Of a stretch of DNA of 36,536 nucleotides, positions 25,055 through 34,353 are shown piece by piece. The notes beneath the pieces were generated by a model, which saw only the letters and a program-made list of their open reading frames with translations, ran no database searches and was not told the DNA's origin. Each line of letters begins with the position of its first letter. Position 1 is the first letter of the stretch. This DNA is from Nanohaloarchaea archaeon B1-Br10_U2g21 (lineage in GTDB: Archaea; Nanohalarchaeota; Nanosalinia; Nanosalinales; Nanosalinaceae): positions 1-36,536 of the forward strand of contig LKMP01000008.1 of assembly GCA_001563915.1 (NCBI GenBank). Direction: 5' to 3'. The position numbers were made by a program, and so were the translations under genes.

Positions 25055-26356
25055 TTAGCATTCTTCACCCCAGTTCGGCTGTTTATCATCCTCGCCTTCA
25101 AAACCAGCTCCGCTGTCAAAATCAGAAGGTTTTTCTTCAATCTGCTCAACACACCAATCACTGATATCCTGATCAAAACTGCTTGCACCACGAAACATTC
25201 GCCACATAGACTCCACATTTGAGGTGTCCCAGTCGCTGATATCCTGATCAAAACTGCTTGCACCATCGAACATTCTCTGCATATTTGTAACACTTTCAGT
25301 TTCCCAGTCGCTGATATCCTGATCAAAATTACTGGCATCAGTAAACATTCGCCTCATAGTTGTTACTTCTGACGTGTCCCAATCCTCCATTCCCTCTCCT
25401 CTAAAATCAGTTCTTTCAAACATATCGGACATGCTATTCACGCTGCTAGTGTCCCATCCGCTTACATCGCCATCGAAACTAGATGCATCCTCAAATGCAT
25501 CGCTAAAAGAAGAAACTTCAGAAGTGTCAGGTATGTCCGAGTAGTTGTCTTCCATATTTTCCGCATCATCAAAAGCGCCATTAAAGCTTTGGTATTTTAT
25601 ATCTCCCCATTGTTCTATGGTTTTGACTTTTAGTTCGTCTCCTTCTCTTAGTCTTGGGTGGGGGTATAATCCTCTGATTCTTATTTCGTGGAGTCCTGGT
25701 TCTTTGAATTCGATTATGTGGTTGTTGGTTAGTGGGTCTATTATTTCTTCATTTCCTTCTCCGTCTAGGTTTTCCCATTCTAATTGGTATTCGAAGTTGC
25801 CGCCGCCCGTGCCTAGTTCGAATTCGTTGTCTTCTGTTTCTCCTTCTTTTGTGGAGTTTACTTGGAAAATTAGTGGTTCCATATCAAAAAATTCGGAACC
25901 TTCAATGATTTCGAAGTTTCCGGAAATTGTGCCGGTGTTTTCTAAGTTTTCTAGGTTGCCTTGATTATAGTTTAGTGTGATGTCTAAATTGTTTGCTGAG
26001 TTTCCGTCTTCTATTTGTAGGAATGTGGCTGTATTAGTGTCGGTTACGTCTAGTGTTGCTTGTTCTCCGCTTGGTTGCCATATTGCTTCTTTTTGTCCGT
26101 CTGTTACTTTTACTTTGTTCAGTTCTATTGTTTCTGCACCACCATTCCTTAGCACTAGCTGTAGTTGGTCTTCAACGTTCAAACCTACGTCATCTACTAG
26201 CACACTGTCTCCGTCGAATCCTGAAGCGCTTTGCGGGCTTTCACTCTGGGTTATAGAGAAAATGGCTCCTCCTACTACTGCTACTACGAGGAGCATCCAA
26301 CCATATGTCATTAGGTATTCGATGGCTGATTGGCCTTTGAGTCTTTCTACTTTCAC
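25055..26356 (-). CDS. Class III signal (pilin-like) protein fused to BspA-type/DUF285 repeats
   Basis: KG|QSAIEYLMTYGWMLLVVAVVGG N-terminus, IEQWG motif, 25-aa repeats MF..ASSFDQDISDWDTS.V; GTG start. Confidence 0.88.
   Translation of the reverse strand: MKVERLKGQSAIEYLMTYGWMLLVVAVVGGAIFSITQSESPQSASGFDGDSVLVDDVGLNVEDQLQLVLRNGGAETIELNKVKVTDGQKEAIWQPSGEQATLDVTDTNTATFLQIEDGNSANNLDITLNYNQGNLENLENTGTISGNFEIIEGSEFFDMEPLIFQVNSTKEGETEDNEFELGTGGGNFEYQLEWENLDGEGNEEIIDPLTNNHIIEFKEPGLHEIRIRGLYPHPRLREGDELKVKTIEQWGDIKYQSFNGAFDDAENMEDNYSDIPDTSEVSSFSDAFEDASSFDGDVSGWDTSSVNSMSDMFERTDFRGEGMEDWDTSEVTTMRRMFTDASNFDQDISDWETESVTNMQRMFDGASSFDQDISDWDTSNVESMWRMFRGASSFDQDISDWCVEQIEEKPSDFDSGAGFEGEDDKQPNWGEEC
25161..25340. 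repeat. 75-bp-period coding tandem repeat (DUF285 units)
   Basis: ctgatatcctgatcaaaa recurs at 25161, 25236 and 25311; the first two copies share 30 identical nt. Confidence 0.9.
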
Positions 26357-26702
26357 ATCTTAACTTTGTTTAGAGTGGTTTAATATTTAGGCAGCGATTA
26401 ATATTTGGGGATGGTGTAACAAAGTTTCTTGGGTGAGAGGGTGAAAACTTTATTCAGTAAAGTTTTTTGAGCGATAAAGCGGATAGAGGAATTTTGCTAA
26501 ATCAGGTATGCTGACAGGGGAAATAAGGACAGGTTAGTTAGCCTGTTGATCTTATTATACCCAAAAGCAGTTTTAATTAATAATCCGTCAAATCTATGGC
26601 AGACTTCACTATCAATTTTTTCTGCTTGTATAAATCCTACTTACAAAAAAGTTCATCTAAATTTAACCTCAATTTATCGCTCTCACATTCTAATTTCTTA
26701 AT

Positions 26703-27059
26703 CTACACAAATTCTGTCGGAAGAACTTTAACTAGTAGATAGACTGCTATCAGCCAAGAGATTAAAGAAACTGTCAGCGCTCCAAGAAGACCTATATATT
26801 TGGAGGTTAAGTACATCACGGGTAGGAGTATGAAGTATCCTGCTGCTGCGTATAAGCTTGCAGGAATGGCCGCTCTTACTGCCGATAAATCTTGAGTATA
26901 ACCAATAATAAAATAACTGGTTAAAGTAATTCCTGGAAATAAAATAGCCGCTCCTGCTAGAACTGGCTTGTCTACCTGGCTTAGATAAGTTGCTGTCAGA
27001 ACGATAATGCCACCGAGTAAGAATCTTAAGCTATAGTCTAGAAGTTCAGCCTCACTCAT
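26703..27059 (-). CDS. Small 4-TM membrane protein (GlpM/DUF3147-like)
   Basis: RF.LGG..V, AG....FP..T pattern, hydrophobic throughout. Confidence 0.7.
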   Translation of the reverse strand: MSEAELLDYSLRFLLGGIIVLTATYLSQVDKPVLAGAAILFPGITLTSYFIIGYTQDLSAVRAAIPASLYAAAGYFILLPVMYLTSKYIGLLGALTVSLISWLIAVYLLVKVLPTEFV

Positions 27060-27167
27060 ATCTAATGATTAGCCTAATAATTTTATTTAAGACGTCTAGG
27101 TATGTTAAGAGATGAGCAAGTAAACTCAATTTATCATGCTGATCAGGTTGTTAGTCTGAAAAGGCTT

Positions 27168-27407
27168 TTATTCGAATAGCGTAAATATGTTCTGAATCAG
27201 GGAGTATACTATCCCTGTTTCTTCTGATTCTTCTGCATCTTGTGATTCGCCCTCGTCTTCTGAACTTTGATTAGAACTTTCTGATTCTTGCTCGTCAGAT
27301 ACTTCATCTTCAGGCATTGGAGGCATTTCTTCTGCTGCTACTGGTGTAATAATAAACCCTAAAAATACAAGGCCAATTACTATTTTGTTCATTTTATTTT
27401 TATTCAT
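27168..27407 (-). CDS. Small secreted acidic low-complexity protein
   Basis: Signal peptide, E/S-rich linker, amphipathic C-terminus IVYSLIQNIFTLFE. Confidence 0.7.
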   Translation of the reverse strand: MNKNKMNKIVIGLVFLGFIITPVAAEEMPPMPEDEVSDEQESESSNQSSEDEGESQDAEESEETGIVYSLIQNIFTLFE

Positions 27408-27417
27408 TTTTTATCAC

Positions 27418-28392
27418 TCACTCTATTTCTGGCATTGGAGGAGCTTCAGATAGACTATCGTGTTGTACGCTGCATGACTCCTCAAAATACATGTAGTATC
27501 CTTTTTCAGGAACTTTAGTGTTGTATTCTCCTTTTAAATTCCAATCTTGCGATGAGGACTCAAAGTCCCAGATTATGCCTTCTCCGTATTGATTCGAATA
27601 TTCTCTGGGTTCACAGTCTGTCTCAAGCTCTGAGAAACTAGTTTTGTAAGGTGTTGAGACCATATTCCAGCCTTCATTGTATTCGGTTTCTTGCTGTTCT
27701 TCAGATTGTGGAAGCTCTACTTCGCAAAAACCATCTAGGTAAACCATGTGTCCTTGGTCTGAGGTTAGGTTGGAGGGGTGCTGCCAGTCATTCTGTGAAA
27801 ATGTCCATACACTTTGACCTCCAAATTCGTCTATATCACAACTTGCTTCTAAGTCAGATATACTAATATCTGAAGAAATAATATTCCATCCTGATTCCAG
27901 TTCCGAGGTGTGGTTAAAATCATCTGGTCTGTAATAGTGAGATTTTTCTATTTCTTCTTGAATAAAGAGTTCGTCACCTCTTTCGTAGTCTGATTGGGGT
28001 CGGCCTTCATCTTCTACTTGATTGGTTTCATAGACAGAAAGGGTTAAGTTATAGAATCCGTCTCCTTGATAGCCTCTAGGTCCTCTTGCGGGACCGGTTA
28101 CAACTTCTTCGCCTCCTCTTACGGAGATAATTGTTTCACTATTATACACTTCTTCTATATTTTCTCCGTCAAAATAGCTTAATTCTCTTACTACGCTGTA
28201 GTATTCTGTATCGGAGCTTTCTTTGGTGATTTGGGCTTCATATTCTACGGCTTCATTTTCCCCATCTATATCGAGGTCTATGATTCCAAAATCTACAGAA
28301 TTTGAATCTTGTGCTGAAGCTCCAAAAATAAGTGCTAGAATACTTAGAGCAATAATTAATTGCTTGCAAGACGCGCCCATATCTAAGCTCAA
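27418..28392 (-). CDS. Secreted surface protein with two Cys-containing GWN repeats
   Basis: Signal peptide; two copies of GWN..S...LE..C...W.F....W...G...Y....C.V. Confidence 0.8.
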   Translation of the reverse strand: MSLDMGASCKQLIIALSILALIFGASAQDSNSVDFGIIDLDIDGENEAVEYEAQITKESSDTEYYSVVRELSYFDGENIEEVYNSETIISVRGGEEVVTGPARGPRGYQGDGFYNLTLSVYETNQVEDEGRPQSDYERGDELFIQEEIEKSHYYRPDDFNHTSELESGWNIISSDISISDLEASCDIDEFGGQSVWTFSQNDWQHPSNLTSDQGHMVYLDGFCEVELPQSEEQQETEYNEGWNMVSTPYKTSFSELETDCEPREYSNQYGEGIIWDFESSSQDWNLKGEYNTKVPEKGYYMYFEESCSVQHDSLSEAPPMPEIE

Positions 28393-28562
28393 CTCATTTT
28401 ATTTAAATATTTTATGGGGACAGGACTCGTTTTTGAACTTTAATCGCATAAATGCGTGTTTAAATTCTGTTTTTTCAAAAATCAAGAATGGTAGGATGCA
28501 AATAGCTCATAAGGCTATGAAAAACTGGTTTTATCTTCTCTAGAATTTAGTAAGAGAGTTTT

Positions 28563-28901
28563 TTAGCGATCCTCAGAATTAATGTATCTTAAATAGAGTA
28601 TTGCTATTAAAACCGAGGCAATGTAGCCTATGACTGTTCCTGATAGAAAAATTGCTACGTTTTCGGGCAACAGAGCGGTGTTTTGACTTAACCATACAAG
28701 ACCTGAAATAAGTAAAACTGCTGATGACGCTATTAAAAGCGCTAAAAGTGATGCAAGTAGTCCTAGAGAAATTTTAATAGAAGTGTAGAGTTTTTTAGCG
28801 CTGCGTCTTTTTCTATTAAGTTCTCTAATCATTAGAGAAGTTACAGTCTCTTTTGCAGAGTCTGAAGTTTTTTCCAGCTTAGACTTTTTTTGGCTATTCA
28901 T
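28563..28901 (-). CDS. Small two-TM membrane protein
   Basis: Start reassigned to ATG 28901 (MNSQKK); basic N-terminus then two TM helices. Confidence 0.65.
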   Translation of the reverse strand: MNSQKKSKLEKTSDSAKETVTSLMIRELNRKRRSAKKLYTSIKISLGLLASLLALLIASSAVLLISGLVWLSQNTALLPENVAIFLSGTVIGYIASVLIAILYLRYINSEDR

Positions 28902-29162
28902 GCGCCACAGTTGGCAGGATAAATAATATAAAAACAAGTATTGAGCAAATTTGTTCTATCTAATTAAAAATTATGGGGTTATAGAATGTTATTTTCTTTA
29001 TAGTTTGTTTTCACACATTTATTCTTTATTTAACTGAATTAATGAGAGTAATACTTTGGTTTGCGTACGCTTCAGCCAATTTCTTTTCCGAGGCTGAAAA
29101 ATTTGTGCTTTAAGACTGAAAAACTTTGCTAACTTAACTATTCATATCTAAAAATAGTTTTT

Positions 29163-30386
29163 ATGAGAGTCATTTTTTTGCTGACAGCTATAGTAATATT
29201 ATTGGCGCCAGCCATGGCAAATATTTCGCCAGAGATTAAAGAGAAACTAGATGAGCGAGATGATGACGAAGTTATTGAAGTCTTAGTACCTTTCGACACA
29301 GAAATAAATGATTCTGAAGGTTTAACTGAATCAAATTTTTCAACATCTGGTGCAGAAATAAAGGAAGAGTATGAAAAATTTGACACATTTTTAATGAATG
29401 TTACGATATCAGAAGTTGAAAAAATTTCTGATAAAGAGTTTATAGACCGAATAGAACCAGATTATGAGATTAAAGCGTTGTTAGATCAGTCTTCTATACA
29501 AATTGGTTCAAGGATCTCGCATGAAACTGGTGTAACAGGAAAAAATGTGAGCATTGCGGTAATGGATTCAGGAATATCTGAACATGATAATCTAGAGTTA
29601 AAGGGACAGAGAGATTTCACTGGGGAAGGCATAGGCGATGAAAACGGTCATGGGACTCATGTGGCCGGAATTATAGGCTCAACACATCGAGAATATCGAG
29701 GTGTTTCTTACGAATCAGATATCTATGATGTAAAAGTCCTAAATAGTGAAGGTAAGGGAAGAGGCTCTAATATGCTTAGAGGCCTAGACTATGTTATTCG
29801 TAATGATATGGATGTTGCTGTAATGAGCTTAGGAACCACTGTGGATGAATGTGGGGGCAAGGACGTTCTCTCCAGAGCAGTGAGGGAAGCAGTAAGAAGA
29901 GGTACTACTATAACAGCTTCAGCAGGTAATTCGGGCCCACAAAATAACACTTTGACTGCTCCGGGGTGTTCTGAAAGAGTTGTAACTGTGGGGTCGATAG
30001 ACAAGTCTGATAGCATGGCTACTTACTCGAGTAGAGGCCCTACAAGTGATGGGAGAGTAAAACCTGATATTGTGGCTCCGGGATCTTCTATAATTTCTAC
30101 TGGAAAGAATAATGATTTTGTCTCAATGTCAGGCACAAGTATGGCTGCGCCACAGGCGGCAGGACAGGCGGCCCTAATACTATCTGAAAGTCCTGATAAA
30201 GATCCTGCAGAAGTAAAGAAGACGATTATTAACAGTGCTGATGATTTGGGATATCCTGAGAATGCACAAGGCGCAGGCAGAATTAATGTGCCGCACTCTT
30301 TGAATGCCACAGCAGAAGTACAGCATATTGAGGAAAGATCCAGTTTTTTGAATCGGGTATGGGCGTGGTTTACAGGATTATTCTAG
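29163..30386 (+). CDS. Secreted subtilisin-like serine protease (S8)
   Basis: Signal peptide, propeptide, IAVMDSG / HGTHVAG / GTSMAAP triad, SSRGP..DGRVKPDIVAPG. Confidence 0.95.
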   Translation: MRVIFLLTAIVILLAPAMANISPEIKEKLDERDDDEVIEVLVPFDTEINDSEGLTESNFSTSGAEIKEEYEKFDTFLMNVTISEVEKISDKEFIDRIEPDYEIKALLDQSSIQIGSRISHETGVTGKNVSIAVMDSGISEHDNLELKGQRDFTGEGIGDENGHGTHVAGIIGSTHREYRGVSYESDIYDVKVLNSEGKGRGSNMLRGLDYVIRNDMDVAVMSLGTTVDECGGKDVLSRAVREAVRRGTTITASAGNSGPQNNTLTAPGCSERVVTVGSIDKSDSMATYSSRGPTSDGRVKPDIVAPGSSIISTGKNNDFVSMSGTSMAAPQAAGQAALILSESPDKDPAEVKKTIINSADDLGYPENAQGAGRINVPHSLNATAEVQHIEERSSFLNRVWAWFTGLF

Positions 30387-30388
30387 GT

Positions 30389-31144
30389 CTAACGCCTGTA
30401 TTTCCGGAATATATAATCTATTACGCGGCTAGGCAGAAATTTTTCTGCTTTGGAAAGAAATTTAGCTTCAGAAGTGATAGTATAGCGAGGCTTTTTGCCA
30501 TATAAAATTATTTTAGCAAGCTGCTTTCCTGCTTTTTCAGGGGATAAACCCTTCACATCTTCATTTAGTTTTTCTTCATAGAGATCTAAATACTTAGAGT
30601 TATCATATTTTGTTAAATTGGATCTACCATTCTCATTAAAGCCTGTTTTAACTCTCCCTGGCTCAACTAGAACCACATCTACATCTTTCAATTCTCTGCG
30701 CAAAGAATCAGTGAAACCTTCTACAGCATATTTGGATGCGCAATATCCGCTTAGAAAAGGCAAGCCTATTCGGCCAGCAATTGAGGAAACATTCACGATT
30801 TTTCCCTTACTTTTCCTTAGTTCTGGAAGACAGGCATGGACAACGTTTATTGTGCCTATGTAATTATGGTATATGTGTTCTTCAAAATCCTCTATTCTCA
30901 TGTCTTCAACAGAACCTTGTTTCTGTACTCCTGCGCAGTTCACAACTATATCTGTTTCAAAGTCTTCAAGTTGTTCAAAAACTTTTTGACGATTTGTGAT
31001 GTCTAGAACATGTTTTTCAACGCCTTTAAGCTGATCAAGGGCGTTAGAATCTCTATCAACTACAGAGACTTTGTTATTCTTTTTCAGCCACTTTACTGCC
31101 TTGAGGCCTATTCCATTCGCTCCTCCAATAACAAGTATTTTCAT
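30389..31144 (-). CDS. Short-chain dehydrogenase/reductase (SDR)
   Basis: GGANGIG, NCAG, VSS, YCASK. Confidence 0.95.
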   Translation of the reverse strand: MKILVIGGANGIGLKAVKWLKKNNKVSVVDRDSNALDQLKGVEKHVLDITNRQKVFEQLEDFETDIVVNCAGVQKQGSVEDMRIEDFEEHIYHNYIGTINVVHACLPELRKSKGKIVNVSSIAGRIGLPFLSGYCASKYAVEGFTDSLRRELKDVDVVLVEPGRVKTGFNENGRSNLTKYDNSKYLDLYEEKLNEDVKGLSPEKAGKQLAKIILYGKKPRYTITSEAKFLSKAEKFLPSRVIDYIFRKYRR

Positions 31145-32184
31145 TAGTGTAGAGGGCTCCAGTTAGGGATGCTGTCTTTGGCTCTAAGATCATATATTTT
31201 TTCTATTGCTAGTCCTGATAGGCTTGCCACTACTAAAAGTGCTGCATAGGTAGTTAGGAAGTAAGATGGCGGAGCTATAATTTCTACAGTCTTCAAGATG
31301 AATAGTGCGATCCAGGAGACTATTGAAATACTTGCCATAACGAATGCGGCTTTTCTGTAAACTCTATTCTGTCTGCTTTTAGGCTCTTCGCTGTTTCTAG
31401 AGAATTTTATGCCGATTATTTCCTGTGAAACTTTTAGATTGTAAACCGATCCGTTAATCAGTATAATTCCGATTATTGTTAGAAGAGTTAGGCTTTCTCC
31501 CGGGTGGAAGTGTCCTGCTAGATATAATCCTAGGCTTGTTAGAACTACTCCTCCTAGTGCGGCCCATGTCAAGTTGTTTAAAGTGTCTAATACGCTGGCT
31601 TGACGCTCTAGCATTTCAAAGTCTCTTAAGAAGTTGAGAAACAGGAAATCATAGGAAAGTGCTGTTCCTAGGCCTGCTGCAGCAACTAATACTCCTATTA
31701 TGCTTATGGCCAGTCCATATTGGGCCATTAAAGCACCTATACCTACAGCAGAAGCAGGAATTGCAAGAATCATTATCAGGGCGCATAGACTTGCAGATAC
31801 TAGACACCAAGTGCACCACATTTTCAAGGTAAATCCTTGAATAAATGTCAGATAAGCTGAAAATAACACTGCTAATGCGCTTGAAGCAATAACGCCGAGT
31901 ACAAACCAAGAAGGTAGTGTCTGCGCTGTTAATAGATAAATGGAGTAGCTTACAATTACCACGGCATAATACAATAATCCTAGTACTTCAACATCCAGAC
32001 CTAAAAATTTGGAATATTTACTTGTGATGACGTCTTCACAACTTCCGTCCATCGGACATGCCATGCCCTCTACATTAGTTTTCTTTTGGTAATGCAGGTA
32101 GGTGGATACTCCAAGTCCTGCGATTCCGATTAAAATTATCAAAGCTTGGAAAACTGGTTGCGAAAGTGTTGAAAAAAGTTCCAT
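31144..32184 (-). CDS. Vitamin K epoxide reductase (VKOR) family protein with extra C-terminal multi-TM domain
   Basis: Loop Cys pair CPMDGSC, TSKYS, redox CTWC; ~190 extra residues with ~5 TM helices; likely start ATG 32184 (alternative 32202). Confidence 0.9.
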   Translation of the reverse strand: MELFSTLSQPVFQALIILIGIAGLGVSTYLHYQKKTNVEGMACPMDGSCEDVITSKYSKFLGLDVEVLGLLYYAVVIVSYSIYLLTAQTLPSWFVLGVIASSALAVLFSAYLTFIQGFTLKMWCTWCLVSASLCALIMILAIPASAVGIGALMAQYGLAISIIGVLVAAAGLGTALSYDFLFLNFLRDFEMLERQASVLDTLNNLTWAALGGVVLTSLGLYLAGHFHPGESLTLLTIIGIILINGSVYNLKVSQEIIGIKFSRNSEEPKSRQNRVYRKAAFVMASISIVSWIALFILKTVEIIAPPSYFLTTYAALLVVASLSGLAIEKIYDLRAKDSIPNWSPLH

Positions 32185-32270
32185 ATCAAGTAATAGATAC
32201 ATCTTACTTAAATAAAATTCTGGTTTGAGATGGATTGTACTTTTAATCTTCTGGATTTTAGATGTGTACT

Positions 32271-33032
32271 ATGAGTTCAGTACTGAAAATAGATTTACAT
32301 ACACATTCTGAAGGTTCTTATGATGGTAAAGAGCCTGTGGGGTTGATGGTAGAACACGTCGAAGATAAAAATATTGACTTGGACGGTTTTGTAGTCACTG
32401 ACCATGATGAGATAGAGCAGTCTTTAGAAGCGGTAAAAATGGCTGAGAAGTCAGATATAATAGTAATACCTGGTGTAGAAGTATCTACAAAAAACGGACA
32501 CTTACTTGCAATAGGAGTAGAAGAGAAGCCTGAAAAAGGCAAGGAATTCATGGAGACTGTTGAAAGTATTAGAAAGATGGGAGGTGCGGCAATAGTGCCT
32601 CATCCTTTCCAAAAAACTCGTCACGGTGTCTCAAAGAAAAAAATAAAAGATATTGATGCTGTTGAAGCCTTTAACGCATGGTTGTTTACAGGATTCCAGA
32701 ATCGCCGTGCGAAGAAGTTTGCGGAGAATCATGGGTACTCTAAAGTTGCTGGGAGCGACGCACATTCTTTAGGAATGATGGGTAGAGCCTATACGGAAAT
32801 AGAGATAGATAAGCCTCAAGAAGAAATAGTTGCTGAGGATGTAGTAGAGGCTCTGAGAAATGGAGAGACTTCGATGAGCGGCAGACGAGCACCAATGTAT
32901 CGTGCAGCATTCCATTATGTAAAGGCTTCAATTCGAAAGACAGCTTACTATTTCAGTAGGCTCCTTGAAAGAGTAAATAAGCAGATTTACAGGTATAATA
33001 GGCCTTTGAGAGAGATTTATTTACGATCTTAA
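32271..33032 (+). CDS. PHP-domain metal-dependent phosphoesterase
   Basis: DLHTHS..S.DG, TDHD, GVEVS, PHP, GSDAH; start 32271 or 32262. Confidence 0.92.
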   Translation: MSSVLKIDLHTHSEGSYDGKEPVGLMVEHVEDKNIDLDGFVVTDHDEIEQSLEAVKMAEKSDIIVIPGVEVSTKNGHLLAIGVEEKPEKGKEFMETVESIRKMGGAAIVPHPFQKTRHGVSKKKIKDIDAVEAFNAWLFTGFQNRRAKKFAENHGYSKVAGSDAHSLGMMGRAYTEIEIDKPQEEIVAEDVVEALRNGETSMSGRRAPMYRAAFHYVKASIRKTAYYFSRLLERVNKQIYRYNRPLREIYLRS

Positions 33033-33089
33033 GCCTTAAATATTTAAGACAGTTAATTGAAAGGTTTTGCTGTGTATCTAGCTAACTGG

Positions 33090-34235
33090 ATGCAAAAAGT
33101 TGACCTCTCTCAAGAGATACAGGAAGTATATCTTCATAGTTTTCTTTTCAAGCTTGCAGAAGCTCTTGTAGCCATATTTATACCTTTTTATATAATTGAT
33201 AATGGTTTCTCCATATTAGCAGTTTTCGGGTTTTATACAGTTTATTATACGGCTCATTTACTTGGTTCAATTCCTTTCGGGATTCTAGCTACGAAAATAG
33301 GCTATAAACATACATCTCTGTTATCTAGCGTGTTCATACTCGCTTTTTATCTGATGATTAGGGGGGCAGATACAGAAATTCTACTATATCTCTCGGCTCT
33401 AGTCGGTGGAACAGGATTCACTATATACTGGATGGGTATGAATCCTGAAGTCGCTACTAGTAGTGATGATGACAGGACGGAAGAGGAAACAGGTTTTTTC
33501 TTCTCTATGCCTTCTTTGGCATCGATGCTGGCTCCTTTTACAGGGGGTTTGATTTTATTGTACTTCGGATTCAATACTTTATTTCTTTTAGCAGCTTTAT
33601 TGATGTTCGTATCATTTACTCCGTTTTTACTCTCTTCTGAACATAGAGAAGGAATGAATATGGATATTAGTGAGTTATTCACAAGAGATATGGCGTATGA
33701 TATACTAACATACTTTGCTGAAGGATCTCACTCGGTAGGAGAGAAAATTCTCTGGCCATTATATCTTGCAATAGTTATCACAGGGAGTGTGAATATAGGG
33801 ACAGCGGGAACACTTCTCGCTCTCGGTAGTGCAATAACAAGTATTTTCATTGGAAAGATAGTAAATCCACAAAATCGTGCTAGAGTAATAATAATAGGAG
33901 CATTCATGGCTGCAGTAACTTTAATTCTGATGGCTCAAATTACTGCTCCTGCCACAGCATTTGTAATTTCTGCACTCCACGGTATAGTATATACTGCAGT
34001 AAATCTGCCGATATATAGTGCTGCAATCAGGAGATCAGAACAGAAAGACATAATGGAGTACTTTACGGCTAGAGAAGTATCGCTAGCGATGGGGAGATTG
34101 ACAGTTATTGGTGTTGCGGCAGGATTGTACATGCTCTATCCTGAAGATTTCTTTGTAATATCATTCGCAGTTGTGGCCGCAGGTTCTCTGCTCACAGGAT
34201 ACTTCGGCGGAAAAATCAGAACTCCTGAAACCTGA
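33090..34235 (+). CDS. MFS transporter
   Basis: About 12 hydrophobic helices, KIGYK loop motif; start reassigned to ATG 33090. Confidence 0.85.
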   Translation: MQKVDLSQEIQEVYLHSFLFKLAEALVAIFIPFYIIDNGFSILAVFGFYTVYYTAHLLGSIPFGILATKIGYKHTSLLSSVFILAFYLMIRGADTEILLYLSALVGGTGFTIYWMGMNPEVATSSDDDRTEEETGFFFSMPSLASMLAPFTGGLILLYFGFNTLFLLAALLMFVSFTPFLLSSEHREGMNMDISELFTRDMAYDILTYFAEGSHSVGEKILWPLYLAIVITGSVNIGTAGTLLALGSAITSIFIGKIVNPQNRARVIIIGAFMAAVTLILMAQITAPATAFVISALHGIVYTAVNLPIYSAAIRRSEQKDIMEYFTAREVSLAMGRLTVIGVAAGLYMLYPEDFFVISFAVVAAGSLLTGYFGGKIRTPET

Positions 34236-34269
34236 ATTTATAAAATTACTAGGCCTTTTTGATAGATGT

Positions 34270-34344
34270 GGTGAGGGTAGGTTAGCTGGTCTATACTTCG
34301 GCCCTGTGGCGGCCGAGACGCGGGTTCGAATCCCGCCCCTCGCC
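34270..34344 (+). tRNA. tRNA-His(GTG) with genomically encoded G-1
   Basis: G-1 at 34270 opposite C73; acceptor gtgaggg/ccctcgc; anticodon arm cggcc-ctGTGgc-ggccg; T arm gcggg-ttcgaat-cccgc. Confidence 0.95.
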
Positions 34345-34353
34345 CTATAGCTA

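Noticed and set aside
25161-25340. CRISPR array
   Set aside because: The 75-bp period is an in-frame 25-aa coding repeat with similar 'spacers', and there are no cas genes.
26486-26656. RNase P RNA suggested by gaggaatttt ... acaaaaaagttca
   Set aside because: There is no room for P2/P3 before the putative CR-I, the match to GAGGAAnnUCC and GGCUUA is poor, and it is far more AT-rich than the tRNAs here.
11018-34344. Integrated element bounded by tRNA att sites
   Set aside because: No duplicated tRNA 3' fragments were spotted by eye and there is no integrase or transposase in the window.
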